From Octopus vulgaris (Eukaryota): 64,000 nucleotides of DNA. The DNA is taken from contig OX597817.1 in NCBI GenBank assembly GCA_951406725.2, forward strand, positions 97,278,001-97,342,000, written 5' to 3'. The notes under the pieces are model-generated. The model saw only the letters and a program-made list of their open reading frames with translations, had not been told where the DNA came from and did no database searches. Both the position numbers and the translations under genes were made by a program. Position 1 is the first letter of the stretch. The number at the start of each line of letters is the position of its first letter. Below, piece after piece: positions 25,800-38,998 of this stretch.

Positions 25800-26680
25800 T
25801 TTTTTTTCAATCAATGGTTTCAGTAGTAGAAATCTGGCCATGCTGAAGAACGAGTTAATGTATTTTCTTCCAGTTTTGTTGTCGCTTTATGACTGGAATT
25901 TGGTCTATGATTGAGTTTGTAGCAGCTAATCTTCCCTGAGTACATCCGTGAATGGTTGGCTGGTCTGGTATCGTCGTTAGAATGTTTTTGAATGTTTCAA
26001 TAGAGGTCCCTTTTATATTTCTGATATCTTTAGGCGGACAGTTTGTTAAGACGTGGGTATACACGTCTGGTGTAAAATGGTATTATACAAATAAATAGTT
26101 GGTTGTGGTTATCTAAAAGTAACCCATCGCAGAAATATATGTTAACACAGAACGCACTCCGTACTACTCGAACGTATGTACTATACTCCGTATTCACTGT
26201 TCAACTATCGACTCTTAAACCAACACAATCGAACTGACACAGTAGACCAACACAGTCGAACTAACACCGTGAACTACTCTACCCCCTTCCACTGACAGTT
26301 CATTCAGTTCTTATTTATTGTAATCGGTTAGTCAGGTGGGGGTGTTCAGGATTCTTCCATAAGAGTTGAACGACTGAGGACCTCTAAATATCAGATTTGT
26401 ACAATAGAGTGTTTTCGAAGGTGGAATATTTGGAAGTTGACAGTATCTACCAGTTTGTGGATTAATATTTTCTTTAATGCCGAAGTTTGGAATATGCCCC
26501 TCCTGGATCTTCCATACGTACATGTTAGTATATCTCTCTTCGGTGTTCAAAAGAGTAGGGACGAAGAGCTTTCAGACATTCCCGTAATTAAGGCTTTTTA
26601 CTGGCGAATGCTCATTGTAACCGTTTAATTTCTTCTGGGAGACCGGGTGAGTTTAGAGACCAAAGCTGGTAATGTAAAAC
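25800..26680 (-). mobile_element. CR1-like LINE 3' fragment interrupted by an about 316-bp TG...CA insert (26044-26359)
   Basis: RY..MYVWKIQEGHIPNFGI...FRGPQSFNS | PKDIRNIKG...IPDQPT...AATNSI. The insert splits the GPQxFNxLPKDIR motif. Confidence 0.75.
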
Positions 26681-27132
26681 CCGAAATTTTTATGTAATAA
26701 ATTTCATTTTGTTTTTTTCTACCCATTGATAAATGAGGTTTAGCTCATTTTGGATTATGACGGCATCTTCTAGAGTTTGGATAGCTATTGATACTTTTGT
26801 GTAATCGGCGTAACTAGTTAATGCACTTCTGAACTTATATCTTTTAGGGTGATGATAAATAATAATGGTCTTAGAACCGTTCCCAGAGGTATACCACTTA
26901 TTACAGATAAATTTGTAGAGAGAAAAGCGTTTTCAACAACATATTGAAATCAAAGAGCCATTCTCTGAGTTTTCCTATAATACGAAGATCCCCTATTCTT
27001 ATGACATGATTTCATGACCACTCTTATCAAATTCTTAAGCAGAACCAAGATACATGCAGTCAGTGTCCTATCATCTCAAGAAATTATTGTAGATAGTGTT
27101 ATGGTGCTGCAATAGCTGTGTGAGGTAACTTC

Positions 27133-27169
<37 letters not shown>

Positions 27170-27221
27170 ATATATATATATATATAAAGCAAATAAAAGG
27201 GCTAGCAGCAGGCTGCTTCGC

Positions 27222-27264
<43 letters not shown>

Positions 27265-27269
<5 letters not shown>

Positions 27270-29096
27270 CTTTGTATAGTTTTAGACTTCTTATTGCAAT
27301 AATTTCATAACCTTTTTTTCAATCTTAACTAAATTTGATCATGTTATGGGGGACTAAATGGGTAAACAGATATATGACATAAAAATAAGTTGCAGTCAAT
27401 ATTTGATTACTTTTTTAAAATATAATTGTCGCTGTTCAAAGTAACTCCTGATTTGGGGTTACGTTGAACAGTAATGTCTTTTTATTAACAAATACAAAAG
27501 AAAAGTCAACGAACAGCTTTAAGTGTTATAACACTAAAGAATATGTCACACAGTTATCAGTAAGTCACATTTTATATTCCCCTTTCTTATTTAAGGTCAA
27601 GGAATTGATAGAAACCCCTGTTGTTCAGTGGAATATCTTGTTTTCATTTCTACTACATCTTCCCAGTCGTAGACGAGTTAATCCTCCTTCAGTGGCCACC
27701 TCCTGCCTCTCTTTTTACATTTTGTCAGTTATGACATAAGTGCTCCATCACTTCCAGTTGTGATCACTTGATCGAGAAATGTTTGCCCTTCATACCTCAC
27801 AATGACAAAGTTTCCAACAAAACTATTTTGTCTTTCTGTGTTTTCTGTTCTTGCCATGTCTGAAGTATTGGAGTGCCTGTCACATTCATTCATAGAAACA
27901 TCACTATGCACAGAGTTTAGCTCTTCATCATGAAAATTCTCTTGCTGCTCTCTTTCTCCATGCTTCTATATAACTGTTGATGAACTGGTGGCCAACATTT
28001 CACTACCAGAAGCACTGATGTCCTCAGCACTTATACTTTTGCCAGAAGTAACGTTCAACTTCTTTCGTCTCTTCTTTGGCCTGCTCTCATTGACTTTAGT
28101 ATTCCCAACACAACATCCGAAACTCATACATTGATGACTTCATCGTCCTCTTTGCTCACTTCATGGTCTCGTAGCTGAACCAAAATTTGTCTGGATGAAA
28201 AGGGTGAATTCTACATTTCATGAACTCACTTTCCAGATTCTTGCTGTGAGTGACACAGTCAGGAAAGAGAGCAGCATGCAGCTGTGTGAGCAGAAAAGCA
28301 TCTTTAGTTAAGGTCTTTGAGTTCTTCCTGCCATAAGCCTTTTAATCGTCTAAGATTTTTCTCCAACCCATTGAATGCCACGTCAAGTGGTTAAAGCATA
28401 TATGTGGAATTGGGTGGTAGCAGCTTGCTTATTGCCGGAAACAGTGATCGGGGTTACTTTGAACGACGTTCAAAGTAACCCCGCTGGATAATCAAAGGGG
28501 GGATATGTCATGTTATACAAGTTTTTACAAAGATACCAAAGTTATAAAAACACTTTAATAGAAAATTATTAACTAGTTATATTAACCTCATATATTAACA
28601 CTTTAATAGAATATTATTAACTAGTTATATTAACCTCATATATTAACACTTTAATAGAATATTATTAACTAGTTATATTAACCTCATATTAACACTTTAA
28701 TAGAATATTATTAACTAGTTATATTAACCTCATATATTAACACTTTAATAGAAAATTGTTAACTAGTTATATTAACATCATATTTTAACAAAAGCTTATG
28801 TCTTTTATGCAAGAAGTGCTTTAGCTATTTACAAAAGTATTCATATCTTTCAAAAATGTTTGTTCTGCTGGAACTTGAAGAAGTTGACAAATTCTTTCTT
28901 TGAGTGGATAATCAAAGTTATATTGACAAATTTTATTTTATGTTTTGAAATTATACATTCATAGAAATATAATTCTAAAGTTTTTACAACACATTTAAAC
29001 AATTCCGTAAGAAATTTTAGTAACAAGCAATAAGCGGAAACAAAATATTATATTTTGTTCAAAGTTGCCCCGGTGTTCAAACCCCATTTCACGGTG
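27265..29096 (-). mobile_element. Pogo/Tc1-superfamily (DDE_1-type) transposon remnant
   Basis: LLPPNSTYM..LDVAF..W.KIL motif near 28330-28425; KKRRKKLNVTSGKSI; FVIVRYEGQ.F. Repeated ttcaaagtaacccc motifs at about 27435, 28470 and 29058. End ccccatttcacggt lies beside (TA)n. The left boundary is approximate. Confidence 0.6.
28551..28788. repeat. Minisatellite, about 46-48-bp unit x5
   Basis: cactttaatagaa.attattaactagttatattaacctcat(at)attaa repeated five times. Confidence 0.95.
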
Positions 29097-29145
29097 TATA
29101 TATATATATATATATACAAGAGTTAAAGAATGGAGTAGATAATAT

Positions 29146-29235
29146 CCGGGCTACATATGTTTCATAGTGAGCGGAATCTCGGAAGTGGTAAATATCCGAG
29201 CTAGGTGTATACCATAGGCTTCTCTTAAGGCCAGG
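29146..29235 (-). ncRNA. Type I hammerhead motif with an enlarged stem II (core mutated)
   Basis: cctggc-CTTAAGA-[about 60 nt including a ctcgga/tccgag hairpin]-GAAAC-ATAT-GTA-gcccgg. Stem I and palindromic stem III are present; G5 is replaced by U. Confidence 0.5.
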
Positions 29236-29770
29236 GTATCGTGATTAAATATGTAAAGAGTACGGTTAGAATGGAAAATATATTGCGAAGAGAAAATTAG
29301 GAGTGTAAAAATGAAAGGAATATAGAAAAGAGAAAAAGAATAAAGACATTAGGGAGTGGGAGAGTGGTAAGGAATTTAAGCAAGGTAATTTCGCAGGTGG
29401 TTTTCAATAGGGCCATTCATAGAGATACGCAAGGGGAGTGGTATTTCAAAGGAAATTGTGGAGGGACGAGTGGAAGGAAGCATTTGTGGTCAAGAGGGAG
29501 AAAATACATGCTTGAAGTGATGGTGTAATAGTAAAAATTGAAAGTCTAAAGGAAATGAGAAAGAATACTACAATCTAAGAATTAAGGAATGTATATCGTT
29601 GTGCATGCGGGTATACTGTATGAAATGGTAGAGGTGAATGTAGGCGTAGGTACTACAAAGGTGGGATGGGGAAGAGTGTGGGGGCTGGCGGAAAAGAGAA
29701 ATTAAATGGTATAAATAGTAAGAAAGGATAAAGATAGATATAAGTAAGAAATAAGGGGTTATAGTGAATA

Positions 29771-30661
29771 GGATCTTTTCAATTCTGAAGCCAGGACCAC
29801 AGATCTTTCTACTTAACTAAATAATCTGAAACTTCGTATGCTGATAGAGTCTAGCAAAACAAGACACAGGTTGGAACTAGTTTATTTGAGAAAAATCTAT
29901 TTTATGACTTTAATCGTAGATTAAAACTGCGAATTTTAACCAATCAGATTGTTTGTTTTCATGTGTAAAACTTGACTGCATTCTATTAGTGTGACGTAGA
30001 AAGCGCTTTTGTGACGTACTAACGTTCGTTTGAAAACTGTAAACAAACACAGAACGTAACGGCAGACGAAATACGGCTACGCATTTCGCCCGGCGTGCTA
30101 ACGTTTCTGCCAGCTCTTTGCTTTTTTAATATTAAATTTCTTGCCTTTTGCACAAATAAATACAATAAGTGAAATGAAACGCATTAGCTTAGAAACGAAA
30201 TCTTGTTAGAAGCCTCGTCACTGAGATGCCACTTCTTAATAGCAAACGAAAGCAAGTACTAACAGAATGGAAACATTTTCAATTTAATACATGTGGCTTA
30301 TTAACTAGTTTTAAATATTGCTATTAGAAGGTGGCTGACTATAGGATCCTGGAAACATGAGTACGTTAAATAATTAGAAGGAGATTTCACGGAGACATGC
30401 GGTCTGTTTACATTTAGGATGTTTAATACGTCACCAAATTGGTGGTCGAGACGGAGTAAATAAAATAAAGCCGAATGACGGAATATCATTGGTTAAAATT
30501 CTAATTATTAAACAACGTTAAACTTAGAAGTTACAATTCCGTTTTCATTCTGGTTTACAATTAAGTTTACTTTTGACACATTCTACCAGTATACGAAGTT
30601 TCAAATTGTTTGGTTCAGTAGGAAAAATTTGAAAAAACTGGCTTCAGAATTGAAAAGATCC
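29771..30661. mobile_element. Merlin-like MITE, copy 2 (opposite orientation to copy 1)
   Basis: TIR GGATCTTTTCAATTCTGAAGCCAG. 9-bp TSD tagtgaata (29762-29770 and 30662-30670). Both outer regions are nearly identical to copy 1. Confidence 0.9.
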
Positions 30662-31719
30662 TAGTGAATATAATGGGAATTGATGGTCTAATATTTAGTG
30701 GTTGTGAGGGTAAATTAGGAGGAATGTCTGTGATGGCGGGGAGAGTGGATTTAGGAAATGATGTGGGGGTGGAGTTCTCTGTATTTTGAGAATAGGTAGC
30801 ATAATCGATGTTTGCATGTAAAAATTATACTGTCACGTTCATTAAGACAATCCGTGGATTGCGTAATAGCTAAGACTTCGGCTATGCAGAGATCGTACTT
30901 GTTATTATAGCCGGAGTTTGGCTTAACGAGGGGGACTGTGGACCACTTAAGAATTCTTGAGTTTATGATGAGTCTGAGATAAAGATGTACTGTCGGATTT
31001 TGTTTGGGATTTGGAGCTGGAGTAGTGGTTGTCCACTCTAGCTTTGAAGGTGGTGCTGTACGAGCCGATATATATGTAGTTGCGGTTAACAGCTAATACT
31101 ATGCACTTGTAAACGATCTTTTAGTAAGACAACGATCATCTAATGGGCAGGAGCTTGGGCGCCTGCAGCTGCGTAGATTCATGGGTGGTGTTCTGGATGA
31201 ATTTGTTGGGTAATTGTTATTTAGTGAAGGACCAGAGTTAAGTTCATTATTAGTGGTTGCGTTAAATGGCATTTATTAGAGAGTTGAAGGAGGCGTTAAG
31301 GGGTTGTGTATTATGATAGTTTTCATGTCTGCTGTTATTGTTTATATCAAAGGTTCTCAACGGAGGCCATTTGGAGCTTGAGGGGAAATTTTGGAGCAAA
31401 GGGGCACTAGCAGGGGGACGTTAAGAGACTGGGAGGGAACTATGGGACACTGGAAGACCCTCGTCTTTGGTAAGTTTAATTTGAAATTAACGAGTAGTAG
31501 CCACATTTTCCCATCTCTGCGACAGTCAGTTTAAAAACCATGTCTTATTGTTTCAAATTTAAAAAAAACTTTTTCCACTTTGGACGACACCAAGCAAATC
31601 CTGGTACCATGTGTAACTGGTATCACTAAAGTGAAACACCCAAAACAGAAACAAAAACTAAAAACAGATAGTGACACGATTAAAAGAAAGAAAAGTAATG
31701 AATAAAAGCGAAAAGCTGA

Positions 31720-31766
<47 letters not shown>

Positions 31767-32465
31767 TGTGCAAATATATAAGGAATAGGGGTCAGAATTT
31801 TGGATCACACTGGCTTTTGGGAGTGGCTGATAGGTATGCATTTGTGTATGTGTGCGTATGTATGGGTATGTTTGTATGTATATGATTGCGTGTGTTGCCG
31901 TTTTGAATTCTTTTCTGCGATCGAATTTAAATTGACCCCTCGCTATTAAAGACCCAATCACATACACACACACATTTGTTTTAGGTTCTGAACCCACATG
32001 AATTGCGGCTATACACCAAATAACGTGGTAAATCTTATGTTCTGAAATTTATATTTTGAATTTGTTTGAATTATAAAATTCACCCCAGCTAAAAATACAT
32101 CTTCTGGTTTTGGAAAACAGAACCATTTCTTTCTCTTTCTATATGTTTTTGTTCATTAGAATTTCTCTGTTTTGGTCATGATTTTCCAATTTCCTGTATC
32201 AAGCAATGGACAGAAGCGTTAAAAAAATTAAATTCATAGAGCCGAACAAAATGAAAAATATAAATTTTAATCGTATTGATGGAGAGGAGTAAACATTTAC
32301 CCTTTCCTTAATACTAATAAGATCATAATATGAGGGGGATTTGGTTGTTATTTCTAGCAAATCGAACAACAACACACAGAGTACCTCATTAGCTCATTTG
32401 TTGATGTGTATAAGTTAACAAAGACTAAAGGAAAAAACAGACTCTAGCAAACACACACACGTATA

Positions 32466-32507
<42 letters not shown>

Positions 32508-33021
32508 TTAGCAGAATTATGATATTAGCACGTGCTAAAACACCTCATAACTTTTGTATTTTTACGAATATTTACAATTTTTTTCGATTCTGTCTTCTAC
32601 ATAATGGAATTTATATGATTGTGCAAAAAGAAAAAAAAAGTAAAAAGAAAAATCTCCTACCCGCCCAATTTTTTTTAAATTCGTGATTTTAAAATACGTT
32701 TCTCTTTATAATTTCCAAATACTTTTATGGAAGAAAGTCAATTGACGGTCTTCACACTTTTTCACATAATCTTGGACTTTATATGTGAAATGCCAGTGAC
32801 ATGCTGCATGTCCATCAGCAATATTAGCAGACAGACAGTCGTGCAGTGGTACGACATATAGTCCAAGTAGACGAAAGCCTTCTTTTTAAGAGGAAAAATG
32901 AAGTTGGAAGAGTGGTGAAGTTTTGGATACTTGTGATTGTCGTAACCGACAGTGTGTCAGTTTGTTTTATGTGTGTATGGGCATGTACAAATATATAATT
33001 AAAACAGTACGTATACACCCA

Positions 33022-33071
<50 letters not shown>

Positions 33072-33164
33072 ATAATTATTATTTGAGGGAATAAAATCCA
33101 AACTTACAAGGAAAAAAATTCAATTTAGAAATACTAAATCAAATTTCACACAATATAATATATA

Positions 33165-33453
33165 TATAAAAAATTAGAAAAAATCCACCTTTTATCAATT
33201 CAAAATGAACAATTAAATTACACCATCTAGAAAATTACATATAATAGAAAAATTAAAATTAAAATAACAATAAAATGTCAAAGTAATAATAAAAACGTAT
33301 ATAATATACGTTTTTATTATTACTTTTTGCAATTTACTTAATCTTTGACATTTTATTGTTATTTTAATTTTAATTTTTCTATTATATGTAATTTTCTAGA
33401 TGGTGTAATTTAATTGTTTATTTTGAATTGATAAAAGATGGATTTTTTTCTAA

Positions 33454-33460
<7 letters not shown>
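33165..33460. repeat. AT-rich inverted repeat (about 290-bp hairpin)
   Basis: ttagaaaaaatcca.cttttatcaattcaaaat...acaccatctagaaaattac is mirrored about aaaacgtata-taa-tatacgtttt. The left flank is related to the repeat at 52130-52260 (reverse complement). Confidence 0.85.
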
Positions 33461-33506
<46 letters not shown>

Positions 33507-33512
<6 letters not shown>

Positions 33513-34088
33513 TGTACATTTATACACTTAAGAGATGGCCATAATAGGACATCTGACTCGCTAGAAAGAATAGTTAAAGTTGTAATTCTGAAAGGGAATG
33601 AAGAATAAAAACATTTACCCTATTTTTCCATAGTTTCAAGCAATCTTTTGTGAATAAAATAAAATAATTTTAATTTACAATTGGCGTTGCCCTCTTCAGC
33701 AGGAAGCCAAGGTTAACATATAGATACGAGGCGATAAAGAACATGCCTCGTGTTTATATGTTATAATTTTTCAAAATCCACCGCGCACGCGCGGTTTTTT
33801 TCGGCAGAAAATACAAGTGCCGATTTTCTTTCAAAACTAGCCCCAAAAAACTTTTATCGTTAATTAATAAACCTTAGGGTAGCAAAAGAATTTTTAGAAA
33901 AATTCCTTGCTACCAGTGGTCTAGCGAGAAGGAAAAATTAGTCAATAGACTATATATTATTCATATAAAAATACAGTGTACATTTAAACACATAAGAGAT
34001 GGCCATAATAGGACATAAGAGTAGTTAAACTACAAATAGTTGTAATTCTGAAAGGGAATGAAAAATAAAAACATTTACCCTATTTTTC
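33507..34088. repeat. Direct repeats of about 120 bp flanking a truncated hammerhead motif; probable PLE terminal repeats
   Basis: atacagtgtacatt...agagatggccataataggacat...catttaccctatttttc at 33507-33628 and 33971-34088. Minus strand CTGAAGA-gggcaa...ttgctt-GAAAC at 33633-33699. Confidence 0.6.
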
Positions 34089-34199
34089 GACTAAAGGCGG
34101 TGCCCCAGCATGACCGCAATCAAACGACTAAACAAGTAAAAGAGTAAATTTATATACTTATTACTTATCTAAAATATTAATTTATTATAAGGTTTCTAT

Positions 34200-35614
34200 G
34201 GAGATTGATCAAATGGATTTAACTGGTATTTGATTAGGGCAACTGAGGTTAAAGAACATGTCAACTATATACTGATTTGATTAAAGTTGAAACTAATTTT
34301 AGGTTGTGGAGATACCAGTATTAACTTATATAAGCTGAGTATGAACTAATAGGAGTACTCAACGCTAAATATAAAATAACATCAGAAAAGAATCTATTAA
34401 ATATCAGTTTGAAAATCAAGGAAGTTATGATGGAATACGACTTAGCAGACCGAATAGAACCACTAACACCAAGTAAACCTAGGATTAACGAAGGACCACA
34501 AGAAGAACTTCCAGGATAACCCTACTGTAAGACTAATATGCCCGACTAAGTCGGATATTGGTCGGCTTAGCAAATCTATTCTTGACAATATTCTACTCCT
34601 TATAATTCCCACCCTAACTCTAAAATTATGGATTGATACAAAAGAGGTATCAATGAATATTGGTTCAAATCCATTGATAACTTAAGTAATTATTCTTTTA
34701 TCCAATTTGACATAAATAGTTATTATTCATGTACCTCCCCCATCCTCCTCAATAAGTCTCTAATTTTTGCTAAAGATCTCTCTCTCTCTCTCTCTCTCAT
34801 AACTAGGGATAAAATTGATATAATTCTGTTAGCTAGAAGAACTATTATTGAATTTTAAGGCAAACTTTGGACTAGGGCTGATACCCCAGAAAACTTTGAT
34901 ATACCTATGGGTTTCCAGCGACTCGGCTGAAGTCACAAATCTAGTGGGTGCGTATCTTTTAAAGTGCCTAAATAACGAAATCCCCGAATTACAGGGATAT
35001 CTATATAGGGATGATGCTTTATTCATCATCCCTAGCAACAAAATCATAGAAAGAATGCGAAAGAGAATTAGAAAATCTTTCAAAATCTTTAACTTAAGTA
35101 TTGCGTATGAATTTGACACTAAAGTAGTTAATTTTTCAGATACTCCTTTAAACATTAACTCTAAATTATACTACCCCTATAGGAAAGAGGGTGAGGTTAC
35201 AAGATATGTGAATGAATTATCAAATCACCCCACAAATATATTAAAATCAGTAGTTAAAAGTATTTCTAGGAGAATTACTAAATTATCATCAAACATTGAT
35301 ATTTTTAATTCCCATTCATACCACTATAATGTTACCTTGTCTAAAGCGGGATATGACCAAGGAATTACTTTTCTCAGTCCTGAAAGTTCAGCACCTTTTA
35401 ATAGAGGGAAAAAATGTTAGTTTAACTAATAGAAAGTCTACTAACTTACTTAGTTGTGAAAAAATACAAATTGAAAACCTATCCTACAAACCTAACATTT
35501 TAAATAATAAAAACGGAGTAGGCTCCGACAGTAGACAGGATACTAAAACGAGCAAAAACTTAGGTTAAATAAAATAGGTGACGATGAAAAAGAAATGGTT
35601 ACTCCTCCAGAAAA
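34200..35614 (+). mobile_element. Penelope-like element RT remnant, truncated by the Merlin insertion
   Basis: KDHKKNFQDNPTVRLICPTKSDIGRLSK; FIQFDINSYYS; DSAEVTNLVG; YRDDA; YVNELSNHP..SISRRITKLSSN. Same family as 60655-63750. Confidence 0.85.
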
Positions 35615-38600
35615 GGAATCTTTGCTGTCAAATTATGAATTAATCCCAACAAAATGCACACTTTTTTCTCCACTAAATATTTTCAGCTTTACATCAGCGT
35701 TTTAGAAACTAAAATCTTTTGCGCCCACACTCGCTTGACTTCCATTTTCGTGAGAGGTGAGAGAAAGAGAGAATAAAAGTTTTCTCTCTACATAGGAGCG
35801 ATTTAAAATTAATATACCTTTGTGTGTGTGAGGGTGGGTGGGTGTTGGGGCTTAGAGAGAGAGAATAAAAGTTGCATATTTACCGCTGAACTTTTTCAAA
35901 ATTAAAATTTTTTTTCCAATATACGTAGGAAAATACGGAGATTAAGAATATGGAAAAAGAAATTTTTTTCATTTCAAATTTTATATGAAAAACTCCAAAC
36001 TGTCTGAAACTGTAAATGTTGAAATACTAAAAATAACAGCCAAATGCCTGGAGAATTTTTGTGTTTGTGTGTGTGTGCGCCACAATTTCAATGACTTATA
36101 CGAATAAAAGTACACAGAAATATGTTTTACATACCTCTCATATACGTCGATTCTTGTCTTTTCGCATCCATGAAGTTTTTGAGGATGACGGAAAAGCTTT
36201 TCGATACACCCACTAAAATCACGAGATTTTGGGGATGGGGATAATGCAGATTCGCACATCCCCTTCAAAAATGCATTTTTCTGAAAAAGTTTATTGCGAC
36301 ATGTGTAAAATCTAGGAATCCAAATAACCTTTTTCAGAAATAAATGCATTTTTCAAGGGGAGGTGCGAATCTACATAGGTCCCTGGAATTGTGCTTATGT
36401 AGTCGAAAGATGCGGCTGGTCTGAGAGGGTACATGTAATTGGGCTGCCTCTCGAAAAAATTTGTGGAGTAAGAGTGGTTTATTTTTCTCCGAGGAGATAA
36501 ATAAATATCTGGCCAGGTATTGATGCAAATATTTCGACCGAATACCTAGCCTTCTTATCCACTCTTTTATGTCCCTCTACAAACGTTCAATGTTTTGGGT
36601 GGGTATGTGTGTATGTTTGATCTATAAAATTTTCAGAATGGTTTACCACGTAATGTTGATAACCCAAACTGTTTAGATCATTGTAGGCAGTCCAAGAATC
36701 ACTATAAATAACTGAGTCGGGTTTGATATATGACTGGATCAAAGGAACCAGTGTCGCTTTGTCACGCTTCTTGTTAACAAGTGGCACAACAAAACGACGC
36801 TTACTGATTCGCTCTGTTCCACCAAACAACCAAACTTGGCTCAGAATTCGACCCCTCCCGTATTTCAGGCGGACAATTAAAGTTTTATCAACTTCAACTT
36901 TAATTGAATCGCCGCCTATAAGTTCCTGTGAGTGAAGCCATTTTTCTGTGACTTCGGAACAAAAAGATCTGCAATCCACAGTAGTTGTTGAATACAATTC
37001 CAGGTTTTCCATCACTGTGATATGGCTTCAAGAACGATGAAGAAATTCGTTAATTAAAGAGAACGATTTTCCACGGAGGAATGTGTGCATGATGAAGAAA
37101 GGACCCATGAAAGTCCGATACAGAATAGCCACACTGGCGTAGATTTTTCGATTTGGTGACAGTGTAACTTTTTCTGCATTGCCAGACACGTTGGTCCTTT
37201 CTATGCACACATTCACTCCGACATCGTAGACATATCACAGTGGTGGGCAGGACACCATAGTTCCGAAAGAATTCAATAGTTTTTCCGTCATCCTCAAAAA
37301 ATTCACGGATGCTAGTACAGTTTGAACAATACAGCTCTGCAAATGCTTTAATATTTTTATGATTCGGATCCTCCCTCTCTCCTCTCTCTCCCCTCTCTCT
37401 CCCCCTCTCTCCTCTCTCTCTCCCATCTCTTTCTTCTCTCTCTTTCCTATCTCTCTCCCCCTCTCTCCCCCTCTCTCTCTCACACACACCATATTTCTTA
37501 AACACAAGGTATAGTCTATTACATGGAAAAAATGCGAGCAAGAGAAATGATATTCTCAAGATTATAGACCTGAAAAAGTACAGGACAAGTTATTACAAAA
37601 TTAGTTGTATATTATAGTAAAATCTACCTAAAAATTTACAGTAAAATTTGGTTGAGTTTACAGTAAAATTTCGTTGAGTTATTGCCTAAGTTATTGCCAA
37701 GTCTTCACATTTTTCGATTTGGTGACAGTGTAACTTTTTCTGCATCGCCAGACACGTTGGTCCTTTCTATGCACACATTCACTCCGACATCGTAGACATG
37801 TCACAGTGGTGGGCAGGACACCATAGTTCCGAAAGAATTCAATAGTTTTTCCGTCATCCTCAAAAAATTCACGGATGCTAGTACAGTTTGAACAATACAG
37901 CTCTGCAAATGCTTTTATATTTTTATGATTCTGATCCTCCTTCTCTCCTCTCTCTCCCTCTCTCTCCCCCTCTCTCCTCTCTCTCTCCCATATCTTTCCT
38001 CTCTCTCTTTCCTATCTCTCTCCCCCTCTCTCCCTCTCTCTCTCTCACACACACCATATTTCTTAAACACAAGGTATAGTCTATTATATGGAAAAAATGC
38101 GAGCAAGAGAAATAATATTCTCAAGATTATAGACCTGAAAAAGTACAGTGCCTATTTTTTACATAATGAACTTGCCTACTATTCTACTTTGCATAAAACT
38201 TTAGCTATATTGGTACTTCTGGCTCTCATTTTAAAAGTATTCTAGTGTATCAATATTTTAACAAAATGATGGTACCTTGCATACATGTTACTTTGTAAAT
38301 TAAAATCAAATAATTTTTAATATTCAAATTTTATCCTTAGCTGCAATATTTTAACTAAATATTTTCTTGTTCAGTACTTTACAAGATGTAGTAACTTGTC
38401 CTGAACTTTTCCAAGTGTAATAGTTTGTCCTGTACTTTTCCAGGTTTATAATCTTAAGAATATTATTTCTCTTGCTCGCATTTTCCCATGTAATCCATGT
38501 TTTTTTCCAGACTCTGCTATTATGCTAATTAATAATGTGTCAATAATTTAAGATTTTATTTACTGAAAATTGAATAATAAATTAAAGTGTATGTTGTGTG

Positions 38601-38954
38601 TGTATGTATGTGTGTTGTTGTTGTTGTTCTATGTGTGTTGTTGTTGTTGTTCTATGTGTGCGTGTGTGAGGGAGAGAGGAGAGTGACAGCGTATATTTTA
38701 AAATTTATTTTTCCTCGCATCTTTTTTTAGTGTGTGAGTGATTGACTGAGAGAGAGAGGTGTTGTCATGTATGTGTAAAATGGCTAGAGTCAGTCACACA
38801 TGCACACAAACACATACGCACACCCATTATCTATCGCATACACGTACGTGAATAAATACATATGCATACATGTTTTTCATGTGTGCGTGTGAGAAAGAGA
38901 GAAAAGTCAGTCACTGAGTGAAGGTATGTGTTCTCATGACAATTTTTTTACATG

Positions 38955-38998
<44 letters not shown>

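Larger units (their letters stand above)
29116..31500 (-). mobile_element. Penelope-like element 3' remnant (GIY-YIG at about 30780-31180), interrupted by a MITE
   Basis: CRRPSSCPLDDRCL; VYKCI; TYIGSYSTTFKARVDNHYSS; YDLCIAEVLAITQSTDCLNERDSIIFTCKHRL. Hammerhead motif at the 3' end. Confidence 0.75.

Noticed and set aside
28551-28788. CRISPR-like regular repeat
   Set aside because: The units are contiguous with no unique spacers, there are no cas genes, and the context is eukaryotic. It is a minisatellite.
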